DNA of 64,000 nt, taken from positions 29,692 through 93,691 of the forward strand of contig CAZACP010000003.1 of assembly GCA_964483665.1 (NCBI GenBank), given 5' to 3'. Positions 44,729-53,967 of this stretch are shown one piece after another. The translations under genes and the position numbers were made by a program. The first letter of the stretch is position 1; every line of letters begins with the position of its first letter. The notes under the pieces were generated by a model. That model had not been told where the DNA came from, ran no database searches, and saw only the letters and a list, made by a program, of their open reading frames with translations. This DNA is from an uncultured Candidatus Saccharibacteria bacterium (GTDB taxonomy: Bacteria; Patescibacteriota; Doudnabacteria; UBA920).

Positions 44729-45358
44729 ATGCTTCATAAACACAAATTCTTTTGGCTGCAAAAATCTTTTGTTTTAAGCTCGCTTTTTGGAGCAATGCTT
44801 TTAATTGTTTCCTTTTTTGCCAACTACTACGCCAACGCCTATATTGCCAGCCACGCCAGCAACTACGTAACCGACATACTCCTCGACAATTTACCGGTGG
44901 TTAACGTGCAATTTTTGTTTTCAGAAGGCGCACTTTTGTTTTTAATATTTGTAATTATTACTTTACTGGTGGAGCCCAAATATATACCCTTCTCGCTTAA
45001 AAGCATAGCGGTTTTTATAATAGTACGATCTTTCTTTTTGGTTTTAACCCATATGGCTCCCCCGGCCAATGAAATATATATTGACCCAAACGACTTTATT
45101 TCCCGCTTTAGCTGGGGCAATGACCTGTTCTTTTCTTCCCACACGGGGCTACCGTTTTTAATGGCATTAATTTTTAAAAAACACCATAACTTAAACTACT
45201 TTTTCTTTACCTGTTCGGCCATTGGCGGCATAACAGTTTTGCTCGGGCATCTGCATTATTCCATAGACGTGTTTTCCGCCCTGTTTATTTCTTACGGCAT
45301 ATATCACATTTCTAAACACTTATTTACCTCAGACTTTAGACGAATTAACCAGGGTTAA
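44729..45358 (+). CDS. Polytopic membrane protein, possibly PAP2-like phosphatase
   Basis: SSHTGLP and GHLHYSIDV resemble PAP2 motifs 2 and 3 (PSGH, SR.....H...D); weak. Confidence 0.4.
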   Translation: MLHKHKFFWLQKSFVLSSLFGAMLLIVSFFANYYANAYIASHASNYVTDILLDNLPVVNVQFLFSEGALLFLIFVIITLLVEPKYIPFSLKSIAVFIIVRSFFLVLTHMAPPANEIYIDPNDFISRFSWGNDLFFSSHTGLPFLMALIFKKHHNLNYFFFTCSAIGGITVLLGHLHYSIDVFSALFISYGIYHISKHLFTSDFRRINQG

Positions 45359-45442
45359 ATATAACTTTTATATTAAACACCCCCGAGGTGTTTTTTATTA
45401 GTATTGAAAAACTAAAAAATTTTAGCTATAATACATTCTCGA

Positions 45443-46225
45443 TTGCCATTTAATATTAAATATATGATGGAAAATTTACTAGAAGTAAAAAACTTAAAAA
45501 AACGTTACGAAAACGGCTTAGAGGCTGTTAAGGGGGTTAGCTTTAGCGTTAAAAAAGGCGAAGTTTTCGGCATACTAGGGCCTAACGGTGCGGGCAAAAC
45601 CACGACTTTGGAAATGATAGAAGGCTTAAGAAGCATAACCGAAGGCAGGGTAACCTTAGACGGCATAGACGTCAGTAAAAACCCATACCAAGTAAAAGAA
45701 CGCGTTGGCATTCAACTTCAGTCTTCCTCTTTCTTTCCCAATATGAGCTTAAAGGAATTACTTGATATGTTTTCCGACCTTTACGGCCAGGCTCACGAAC
45801 CTATGCATCTGTTAAAGGAAGTGGGTTTGGAAGAAAAAGCAAACGCGCGCACTAAAGAACTTTCCGGCGGGCAAAAACAGCGCTTTTCCATTGCCACAAC
45901 TTTAGTTAACAAACCCATTATAATATTTTTAGACGAGCCGACCACCGGCCTTGACCCGCAAGCAAGAAGAAACTTATGGGAGTTAATTCGGGAAATTAAA
46001 AACAAAGGCACCACGGTTATAATAACAACGCATTATATGGACGAAGCGCAAAATTTGTGCGACAGAATAGCTATTATGGACGAGGGAAAAATTGTGGCAT
46101 TGGATACTCCCACAAATTTAATTAACCAGCTTTTAGCCAGGGGCTTTAAACCGCACACCGAAGTACACGCCGCGACTTTAGAAGATGTATTTTTAGACCT
46201 TACAGGAAAAGAACTCAGAGATTAA
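45443..46225 (+). CDS. ABC transporter ATP-binding protein
   Basis: Walker A GPNGAGKTT, signature LSGGQKQR, Walker B IIFLDEPTTGLD. Confidence 0.95.
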   Translation: MPFNIKYMMENLLEVKNLKKRYENGLEAVKGVSFSVKKGEVFGILGPNGAGKTTTLEMIEGLRSITEGRVTLDGIDVSKNPYQVKERVGIQLQSSSFFPNMSLKELLDMFSDLYGQAHEPMHLLKEVGLEEKANARTKELSGGQKQRFSIATTLVNKPIIIFLDEPTTGLDPQARRNLWELIREIKNKGTTVIITTHYMDEAQNLCDRIAIMDEGKIVALDTPTNLINQLLARGFKPHTEVHAATLEDVFLDLTGKELRD

Positions 46226-46304
46226 ACTAATTGCAGATTGTAAATTTTAGATTGCAGATTATCTGCAATAAATCTAAAATCAAAAATCTGAAATCTAAAA
46301 TTCT

Positions 46305-47408
46305 ATGAATCGTACTCTCACCTCATTTAAAGCCCTACTGCTTGCTTCCCTTAAAATGTATTACCGAAACAAAGGAGCGGTAATTTTTACGCTTATAGTG
46401 CCCATGGCGCTTTTGGCGGTTTTTGGCTTTTTGTCCAAAGGCGGCGGCACCACTATAAAAATCAGCCTAACCAACTATTCTCAAACCGAACTGGCAAGAA
46501 ATATGGAAGAGGGTTTAAAAAATGTTTCTTCCTTTAAAATTACTAACACCGGAGAAACCGAGGCCGCGGAAGCTTTAGGCAAAGGCAATGTTGACTTGCA
46601 AATTGTTATTCCACAGGACTTTGGCAACATTGACCCTTTAACCCAAAAACCCCAAGCTTCCGAGATAATTACCCACTTTAACCAAGCCAGGCCGCAAAAC
46701 GGACAATTAGCCAATATGATTATCGGCCAGTTAACCAGCCAAATAAACAACAAAATTTCCGGCACGCCTCAAATTATTTCCGTGGCTGCCAGCGGGGTTA
46801 CCACCAATAATTTAAGTTTCTTTGACTTTATACTCCCCGGTATTTTAGCCATGAGCATTATGCAGCTTGGAATTTTTGGCACAGCTTTCGCTTTTGTGTC
46901 TTTAAAGGCCAGCGGCGCCTTAAGAAGAATTCAGGCTACGCCCATTCACCCCCGCAACTTTATAATGGCGCAAGCCGCGACCAGGCTAATTATAACTTTA
47001 ACCAGCGTAGTTATTTTAGTCGCTTTCGGCAAACAATTTTTTGGCTTTCATATGCTGGGCAGCTATTTTAGCTTTCTTTTGATTGCCTGCGTTGGCAGCT
47101 TAATTTTCTTAGGTTTTGGTTTTGCCATTGCCGGCATTTCCAAAGACGAAAACCAGGTAGCCCCTTTAGCCAACCTCATACAACTACCTATGCTGCTCCT
47201 GTCCGGCGTATTTTTCCCCCGCGACAGCTTCCCCGCTTGGCTTAAAACCATAACCGACTATTTTCCGCTGACTTTTATGGCCGACGCTTTAAGAAAAATT
47301 GCCAACGAGGGTGCAAGCCTCTTTAGCTTAGGCGGTAATTTGCTTGGTTTAGGCATTTGGATGGTGGTTGTCTTTATAGTTGCGGTTAATTTGTTTAGAT
47401 GGGAATAA
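46305..47408 (+). CDS. ABC-2 family transporter permease
   Basis: 367 aa; 6 C-terminal TM helices after a large periplasmic loop; adjacent to the ATPase. Confidence 0.8.
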   Translation: MNRTLTSFKALLLASLKMYYRNKGAVIFTLIVPMALLAVFGFLSKGGGTTIKISLTNYSQTELARNMEEGLKNVSSFKITNTGETEAAEALGKGNVDLQIVIPQDFGNIDPLTQKPQASEIITHFNQARPQNGQLANMIIGQLTSQINNKISGTPQIISVAASGVTTNNLSFFDFILPGILAMSIMQLGIFGTAFAFVSLKASGALRRIQATPIHPRNFIMAQAATRLIITLTSVVILVAFGKQFFGFHMLGSYFSFLLIACVGSLIFLGFGFAIAGISKDENQVAPLANLIQLPMLLLSGVFFPRDSFPAWLKTITDYFPLTFMADALRKIANEGASLFSLGGNLLGLGIWMVVVFIVAVNLFRWE

Positions 47409-47454
47409 AAACAAATGACAAAAATGAACAAAATTGACATAAATGACAAAAGTT

Positions 47455-47490
47455 TAAAACCCTCTTAGCAAAATGCCAGAGGGTTTTTTT
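47455..47490. terminator. Intrinsic terminator, aaaaccctcttagcaaaatgccagagggttttttt
   Basis: Hairpin plus T-run after the permease. Confidence 0.75.
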
Positions 47491-47544
47491 CGCAAATAAT
47501 GTGCTTGATAGCTTCTTTCGCGTTTTTCTAACAATAACTCGCCT

Positions 47545-48024
47545 CTATTTTTCTATATTTACCGTTGCTGCACCGCCGCCGTCACAGGTTAAATTGTAAG
47601 TACCTTCTGAGCCAATGTAGGCCAAAGCATAGTCATAAGCTTTTATGTAATAGCTTTTTCCCGCAACTTTCAAAGTATGCGCCTTGTCGTCTCTGTTGTC
47701 TAACATTAAAGGCAAATTACGCTTTAAAGAAACCGTGCCCGGATTGCCATGGCAATTTACAAACTGGATTCGATATTGGTATTTTTTAATAGCCTCGCCA
47801 TAGCTTAGTTTTCCCGAAGTTTGGCCGGACGAACCCGATCCGGTGGAAGTAGGCGTTGGCGTTACTACAGGAATTTCAGAATTTTTTTGAATGCTGTCTT
47901 CAGAACTTTCGCCTTGCTTGCTTTCATTATATTCGGTAGCTCCAGGCTTTTGTATTTGCCAAATTAACAAAGCGCCTAAAATCACTACTCCAATTACTAC
48001 AACCCATTTGTAATTTTTTTGCAT
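47545..48024 (-). CDS. Secreted hypothetical protein
   Basis: N-terminal anchor WVVVIGVVILGALLIW; 159 aa. Confidence 0.5.
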   Translation of the reverse strand: MQKNYKWVVVIGVVILGALLIWQIQKPGATEYNESKQGESSEDSIQKNSEIPVVTPTPTSTGSGSSGQTSGKLSYGEAIKKYQYRIQFVNCHGNPGTVSLKRNLPLMLDNRDDKAHTLKVAGKSYYIKAYDYALAYIGSEGTYNLTCDGGGAATVNIEK

Positions 48025-48083
48025 AAATTTTGTTTAATATTAACTTACTATAAGTATAACGTATTTTTTAAAAAAATGTTACT

Positions 48084-49184
48084 TTATGCGCTTTTACCTA
48101 TAGCCTCAGAAATATTTTTAAAACCATCTTTTTTTAACAATTTTACAAGTCCCATATTTATTTCCGCTATAAGCTGGGGACCTTGGTAGATCATACCGGT
48201 TATAAGCTGAATTAAGCTTGCCCCCAGTTTAATTTTCTTATAAGCGTCTTCCGCACTAAATACTCCTCCGCAGCCAATAATTATTTTCTTACCTTGGTAC
48301 AATTTATATACTTTGGCAATAAGCTTATTTGAAAGCTCGTCTACCATTTTGCCGGAAAAACCGCCCCTGCCTTCGTGATTATGGGAATTTTCTTTTGTTA
48401 AGTTGCCGCACACAAAACCATCAACTGGAAAATTCTGGCAAACAGATAAAATATCATTTAAATTTTCATCGCTTAAGTCGGGCGAAAGTTTTATAAATAC
48501 CGGCTTGGTTTTTGATGTTTTAAAAATTTCCACCAGCAGTAAATTTAAATTTTTAGCATCGGCAAATATTGGTTTTATTTCGCACGTGTTAGGACAGCTT
48601 ATGTTTATAGTTACGTAGTCGCCCAGATTGCTAAATTTTTTATAACTATAAACATAGTCTTCTACTCCGGCTTCTACGTGGGAAGTAGCCTCGCTGTTTG
48701 TTTTTGCAATGCTTATGCCAATAGGAAAACTAAAATTTAATTTTTGTAAGTTATTGTAAATATTGTCTGCTCCCGAATTCTTAAGCCCATAGTAAACTCT
48801 TAAAGCTTTTTTTTCAGGCAACCTATAAAGCCTAGGTTTGGGGTTGCCTTCGTAAGCCTTAGCAGTAATAGACCCAACTTCTTCAAAACCAAAACCAACG
48901 CTTGGCAAAATTTGGGTAAGTACTGCTTCTTTATCAAACCCCGCAGCCAGGCCAATGGGATTTTTAAACTTAATGCCCAGGATAGTTTGCGAAAGGGCTG
49001 GATGGCTGTAGTTAAAAGCTATTGATGTTAGCCCTCTGGTAAATAGATTTGACCCAAGTATTTTACCCGCCGCAGTCATTCTGTCATGTACATCTTCCGG
49101 ATCCTGCATAAAAAAAACCGGCTTGAGCAGGTTCCTATAAATTGCGCCGATTATTTTATTGCGAACACTCAAAAATGTTTCCAT
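48084..49184 (-). CDS. pyrD: Dihydroorotate dehydrogenase (quinone-type, class 2)-like
   Basis: GIKFKNPIGLAAGFDKEA, NISCPNT and IIGCGGVFSAEDAYKKIKLGASLIQLITGMIYQGP match the DHODH motifs. Confidence 0.8.
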   Translation of the reverse strand: METFLSVRNKIIGAIYRNLLKPVFFMQDPEDVHDRMTAAGKILGSNLFTRGLTSIAFNYSHPALSQTILGIKFKNPIGLAAGFDKEAVLTQILPSVGFGFEEVGSITAKAYEGNPKPRLYRLPEKKALRVYYGLKNSGADNIYNNLQKLNFSFPIGISIAKTNSEATSHVEAGVEDYVYSYKKFSNLGDYVTINISCPNTCEIKPIFADAKNLNLLLVEIFKTSKTKPVFIKLSPDLSDENLNDILSVCQNFPVDGFVCGNLTKENSHNHEGRGGFSGKMVDELSNKLIAKVYKLYQGKKIIIGCGGVFSAEDAYKKIKLGASLIQLITGMIYQGPQLIAEINMGLVKLLKKDGFKNISEAIGKSA

Positions 49185-49261
49185 TTTTTAAGTATACCGC
49201 AGGCAAACAAACATTGCAAAATGCGCCGAAAGATTGTAGAATGACAAAGTATTTATTACTT

Positions 49262-49292
49262 TGTCATTCCGGCCTTTGAGCCGGGATCCAGA
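49262..49292. repeat. GC-rich palindromic element, short form (gtcattccggcctttgagccgggatccag), family copy 2
   Basis: Read directly; preceded by the AT hairpin atgacaaagtatttattactttgtcat. Confidence 0.7.
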
Positions 49293-49307
49293 TATTTTAT
49301 CTATACT

Positions 49308-50231
49308 ATGAACAAATTTATAACCATTGGCCTAATTCAGACTAAAGTTTCCAAAGACGTAAAAGCAAACGTGGAAAAAACTGTAAAAATGATAGCAGAG
49401 GCAGCAAAAAAAGGTGCTAAAATTATAGCTCTGCAGGAACTTTTCCAAACTCCATATTTTCCACAATGGGAAAAAATGCAGAAAGACGACTTTGCCGAAA
49501 CTCTGGAAGGCTACACAGTAAGTGAAATGAAAAAAACAGCCAAAAAATTTGGTATAACTTTAGTTGTACCTATCTACGAAAAGAAGGGGTCTAAATATTT
49601 CAACACAGCAATAATAATCAATAAAGAAGGAAAACTACTTGGACAGTACCACAAAGTCCATATACCGCACGACCCTGGTTTTTACGAAAAAGAATACTTT
49701 GAGCATTCTACCGAAGGCTACAAAATTTTTACTGTTGATAGAGTTAAATTTGCGGTACTTATTTGCTACGACCAATGGTTTCCAGAAGCTGCTAGAATGG
49801 CAAGGCTACAAGGTGCTGAAATTATTTTTTATCCAACAGCCATTGCTGACATAATTGGTTATAAACACCCAAATGATTGGCACGATGCCTGGGAAACCAG
49901 CATGCGGGGCCATGCCATTGCAAACAGCGTTGTAGTTGCAGCTATTAACAGAACAGGAGTAGAAGGAAGAAGCCGTTTTTGGGGTCAAAGTTTTATTGCC
50001 GATGCTTGGGGCAAAATATTAAAAAGAGCATCAAAAGATAAAGAAGAGGTTATTGTTCAAAAAGTTGATTTAGAATATAACAAATTTTTGTCCGAAGGCT
50101 GGGGCTTTTTAAGAAACCGCAGGCCCGATACCTACAAAGACTTAACTTCCAATAAACTTATAAAAAAATCTAAAAAACTCCAAAACGTAGACCACTACGA
50201 AGACGAAAAAAGGGCATTGGGACAACTTTAG
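49308..50231 (+). CDS. aguB: N-carbamoylputrescine amidase (carbon-nitrogen hydrolase family)
   Basis: Catalytic E/K/C context ALQELF, YHKVHIP, LICYDQWFPE; adjacent to aguA. Confidence 0.85.
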   Translation: MNKFITIGLIQTKVSKDVKANVEKTVKMIAEAAKKGAKIIALQELFQTPYFPQWEKMQKDDFAETLEGYTVSEMKKTAKKFGITLVVPIYEKKGSKYFNTAIIINKEGKLLGQYHKVHIPHDPGFYEKEYFEHSTEGYKIFTVDRVKFAVLICYDQWFPEAARMARLQGAEIIFYPTAIADIIGYKHPNDWHDAWETSMRGHAIANSVVVAAINRTGVEGRSRFWGQSFIADAWGKILKRASKDKEEVIVQKVDLEYNKFLSEGWGFLRNRRPDTYKDLTSNKLIKKSKKLQNVDHYEDEKRALGQL

Positions 50232-50392
50232 AAAAAAATTAGTTGTTGGGTTTAGAAGCCAGCATAGAAAAAGGATAGTAAGTATTAGGCTCCCCATAAC
50301 CTAAGTCTTAAAACTAATCCGGCTTCTAAAACTTACAACTTGCAAAAATCTTTCACCCAATTATGGTCAGTTTTACTTAATTTTACTTAATT

Positions 50393-51463
50393 ATGGTCAA
50401 TTACATTATGCCCGCGGAGTGGGAACCGCACAAAGCCATATGGCTTGCCTGGCCTCACGATGAAATTTCCTTCCCCGGCCGGGTAGAAAAAGTCCAGGAC
50501 GACGTAGTAAAAATAATTTCTGCTATTCACCCCTATGAACAGGTGGAGCTTTTTGTTTTAGACCCCGAAATGAAGGAAAAGGCAGAAAATAAACTAGCTA
50601 AAGCTGGGGTAGATTTAAGCAAAGTAACTTTTCGCTTTGCCGAATATATGGACGCCTGGATGCGCGACTGCGGACCTATTTGGGTTCGCCCCTCTTTCCC
50701 TCTCCCCCTGGGAGAGGGTCAGGGTGAGGGTGCCAATTACACTTTAATAAAATGGATATTTAATATGTGGGGCGGAAAATTTATAGATCTTTTGCCCGAC
50801 GACAAACTGCCCTACAAAATTAAAGAGTGGCTGAATTTGCCCATGGAGCAGCCGGAAATGGTTTTAGAAGGCGGGGCAATAGATGTTAACGGCCAAGGAC
50901 TTTGTCTTACCACGGAGCAGTGTGTTTTAAATGAAAACCGCAATATGGGCAAAACCAAAAAAGATATTGAAGAATACTTTGAAAAGTACCTTGGGGTTAA
51001 AAAAACCATCTGGCTGTTTCAGGGACTTGTAAACGACCACACGGACGGGCATATAGACGAACTCGCCCGCTTTGTTAGCCCAAACAAAATAGTTTGTGCC
51101 TATGAAGACAACGAAACAGACGAAAATTATGTAACTTTAAAAAATAACTTTGAGACTTTGCAGGCCGCTACAAATTTAGAAGACAAGCCTTTTGAACTTA
51201 TAAAGCTACCTATGCCTCACAAAATATTTCCGGAAGGAGCGGCAGGTGTAGAAAAAAATGCCAAAGCACCAGTTTCTTACACAAACTTTTATATTGGCAA
51301 CAATGTAATTTTAATGTCTGTATTTAACGACCCTAACGACCAAAAAGCCATAGACATAATTCAGAGCTGTTTTCCAGACCGCAAAGTTGTTCCTATTGAT
51401 TGTAGCGACATTATATATGGCGGTGGTGGCATTCACTGTATGACCCAGCAACAGCCTGCATAG
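50393..51463 (+). CDS. aguA: Agmatine deiminase
   Basis: WLAWPH, WMRDCGPIWV, FNMWGG and C-terminal GGGIHCMTQQQP (catalytic Cys) match the agmatine deiminase family. Confidence 0.9.
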   Translation: MVNYIMPAEWEPHKAIWLAWPHDEISFPGRVEKVQDDVVKIISAIHPYEQVELFVLDPEMKEKAENKLAKAGVDLSKVTFRFAEYMDAWMRDCGPIWVRPSFPLPLGEGQGEGANYTLIKWIFNMWGGKFIDLLPDDKLPYKIKEWLNLPMEQPEMVLEGGAIDVNGQGLCLTTEQCVLNENRNMGKTKKDIEEYFEKYLGVKKTIWLFQGLVNDHTDGHIDELARFVSPNKIVCAYEDNETDENYVTLKNNFETLQAATNLEDKPFELIKLPMPHKIFPEGAAGVEKNAKAPVSYTNFYIGNNVILMSVFNDPNDQKAIDIIQSCFPDRKVVPIDCSDIIYGGGGIHCMTQQQPA

Positions 51464-51541
51464 CACCCCGGAGTCATTCTGAACTTTTTATGGATATTAA
51501 GCTCTACCCTAGTATTACAGTGTCATTATAGAAATAAACAA

Positions 51542-52126
51542 ATGGACTTTTTTAAAATCCTTTTATTTGCGTCTCTCGTTTCAGCAATTATAGCATATAC
51601 TCTATATATTAGGCTTATTGCAAAGAACCAAATAAAACCCCATGGTGTTACCTACCTGGTGTGGAGCATTATTTTAGGTCTAAATTTTGTTATTCAGTTA
51701 AAATCTGGCGTAGGCATTAGCGCCTTTTTCTTAGGCGTAAACTTTCTTGGTTGCGGTCTTGTTTTTTTGTTCTGCTTAATAAAAGGTCACGTTCGCTACG
51801 ACAAACTAGATTGGTTCTGTTTTGCACTAGCCATAATAGCAATCCTACTCTGGCTTTTTGCTACGACTCCTTTATACTCTGTTATTTTATCTTGCGTAAT
51901 AGACTTTTTTGCTATCTTCCCCAGCTTCAGAAAAAGTTTTAAAGACCCATGGGAAGACTCGCCGATTGCGTACTGGATCGCTGCCTTGGAATATTTATTT
52001 TCTATACCTTCATACCAAGTCTTTTCTATAATCACCCTACTTTACCCAATTTGCATAATGACTATTGAATTCGGCTATGCTCTTTTCATCTGGATCAGAA
52101 GGTTACAATTAAAACAGCCAGTTTGA
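51542..52126 (+). CDS. Polytopic membrane protein, hypothetical
   Basis: 194 aa, 6-7 hydrophobic helices. Confidence 0.5.
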   Translation: MDFFKILLFASLVSAIIAYTLYIRLIAKNQIKPHGVTYLVWSIILGLNFVIQLKSGVGISAFFLGVNFLGCGLVFLFCLIKGHVRYDKLDWFCFALAIIAILLWLFATTPLYSVILSCVIDFFAIFPSFRKSFKDPWEDSPIAYWIAALEYLFSIPSYQVFSIITLLYPICIMTIEFGYALFIWIRRLQLKQPV

Positions 52127-52174
52127 CAGATATCTAAAAAGTATATATAATGTATATATCATTAAAAATATATT

Positions 52175-52465
52175 ATGACTACCCAAGTAATTTTCAAACT
52201 TGACTCGGCTATAAAGAAAAAAGCACAAAAAGTTGCCAAAAAATATGGTTCAACCTTTTCTGCCTATTTACAACAGGCCAGTTACGATCTTGTCGCAGGC
52301 GCGGTAAGGCCTGGATTAGTAATAGAACCCGAGCGCTTTAACGCTAAAACCAGGCGTATAATGGATAAAGCCCTTAAAGATATAAAAGAAGGTAAAAATT
52401 TGGTTGGGCCTTTTAACAACGCCAAAGAAGCTATTGCATACCTAAAAAATCGTCATGCGCGTTGA
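52175..52465 (+). CDS. Type II antitoxin (RelB/DinJ-like)
   Basis: 96 aa; overlaps the downstream toxin gene by 11 nt. Confidence 0.55.
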   Translation: MTTQVIFKLDSAIKKKAQKVAKKYGSTFSAYLQQASYDLVAGAVRPGLVIEPERFNAKTRRIMDKALKDIKEGKNLVGPFNNAKEAIAYLKNRHAR

Positions 52466-52712
52466 CTATCAAAAAACTTTTTTAAAGGAACTCGACAAAC
52501 TTCCCAAAAAGATCGAGGAAAAATTTTACACGCGTTTGGAGCTTTTTCTAAAAAACCCAACCAATTCTTTACTAAGTTATCATTCTGTTGATAGGGCCTA
52601 CCCTGGATGTTATAGCATTAATATTACCGGGGACTACAGGGCAATTTTTCGGCAACAAGACAATTCAGTTATATTTGTACATATAGGCACTCATTCTCAA
52701 TTATACGGATAA
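52455..52712 (+). CDS. RelE/ParE-family type II toxin
   Basis: ...GDYRAIFRQQDNSVIFVHIGTHSQLY: the RelE/StbE C-terminal signature. Confidence 0.75.
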   Translation: MRVDYQKTFLKELDKLPKKIEEKFYTRLELFLKNPTNSLLSYHSVDRAYPGCYSINITGDYRAIFRQQDNSVIFVHIGTHSQLYG

Positions 52713-52727
52713 TTAACTTAATAAATT

Positions 52728-53828
52728 ATGGACAAAAAAAAGATAGGTAAACTTTCCAAAGGTTTACAAAAACTTATTTTAGAAGAACCAAACAGTAAAA
52801 CCACAGGCACCATAACCGGGCATGTTAAGGGTGCAGGAAAGCCTGTTTCTGCTTTTGCGGAAAGGACTTTAAACCACTTAAACGGCGGCTCAACTATGCA
52901 GGCGGCCTTGTGGCTTAAGGAACATTTAAAAAACGGCGGCAAAATAATGGTCACATTAGCCGGCGCGCTGTCTAGTTTTCAAATTGGTGTTATGCTGGCA
53001 GAGCTTATAAGAAAAGGGAAAGTGCATGCGGTGTCCGCCACCGGCGCTAACCACGAAGAAAGTTATTACCGCTATGTTGCCCACTCCCACTATGCCTATA
53101 TTCCCCGCTATACTGAACTTACTCCGGAGCAGGAAGAAGAACTTAGGGATGCCGGCCTACGCAGAATTACCGACACCTTTTTACCGGAAGATGAAAGCGT
53201 AAGAATTATGGAACCACATTTATTAAAAATGTGGCAGGAAGCAGAAAAAAAGAAAGAGCGCTATTTCCCGCACGAATACTTCCGAAGATTGTACAAGGAG
53301 AAATTGATAAAACCGGATAAGAAGGCGAACCCGCAAGACTCTTGGACTTACGCAGCCTACGAAAAAGACATTCCAATTATAGTGCCTGGTTTTGAAGACT
53401 CCACTATGGGAAATATTTTTGCCTCTTACACTTACGGCGGCGCTCTTAAAAAAAAGGGCGATATTATGGTAGACAGTAATGTAATGAAGAGCGGCCTTGA
53501 ATATTTTCACTTAATGTACGACTGGTATAGTAAAGAAAGCAAAGACGCGCCTATTGCATTTTTGCAACTCGGCGGCGGTATTGCGGCAGACTTCCCTATT
53601 TGCGTAGTGCCTTCTATTAAACATGACTTAAAACACCATAACGTGCGCGACTGGGCAGGCTTTATAGAAATAGGTTCTTCCCCAATGTCATACGGTTCTT
53701 ACAGTGGCGCCGGCGGCAAGGAAAAAATCACCTGGGACAAACTTTCTACCAAAAGCTACTACCAAATTATTCAAAGCGATGTTACCGTAGCTTTCCCCTG
53801 GATAGCGGCAGTATTGTTAGACTTATAA
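52728..53828 (+). CDS. Deoxyhypusine synthase-like protein (homospermidine synthase-like)
   Basis: GGSTMQAALWLKEH...IMVTLAGALSSFQIGVMLAELIRKGKVHAVSATGANHEE resembles the DHS family core (T.AG....G.R..I..L.....VD.IV.TG). Confidence 0.65.
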   Translation: MDKKKIGKLSKGLQKLILEEPNSKTTGTITGHVKGAGKPVSAFAERTLNHLNGGSTMQAALWLKEHLKNGGKIMVTLAGALSSFQIGVMLAELIRKGKVHAVSATGANHEESYYRYVAHSHYAYIPRYTELTPEQEEELRDAGLRRITDTFLPEDESVRIMEPHLLKMWQEAEKKKERYFPHEYFRRLYKEKLIKPDKKANPQDSWTYAAYEKDIPIIVPGFEDSTMGNIFASYTYGGALKKKGDIMVDSNVMKSGLEYFHLMYDWYSKESKDAPIAFLQLGGGIAADFPICVVPSIKHDLKHHNVRDWAGFIEIGSSPMSYGSYSGAGGKEKITWDKLSTKSYYQIIQSDVTVAFPWIAAVLLDL

Positions 53829-53875
53829 ACATATTCGTCATTGCGAGTGCACCCGAAGCAATCTAAATCAATTAT

Positions 53876-53905
53876 GTCATCCCGGCCTTTAGAGCCGGGA
53901 TCCAG
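53876..53905. repeat. GC-rich palindromic element, short form (gtcatcccggcctttagagccgggatccag), family copy 3
   Basis: Read directly. Confidence 0.7.
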
Positions 53906-53937
53906 AAAAAAGAGCCTTAAATAAGGCTCTTTTTCTT
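53906..53937 (+). terminator. Intrinsic terminator, aaaaaagagccttaaataaggctctttttctttt
   Basis: Hairpin plus T-run. Confidence 0.8.
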
Positions 53938-53967
53938 TTGTCATAACTTATTTGATATAATTAAAAT

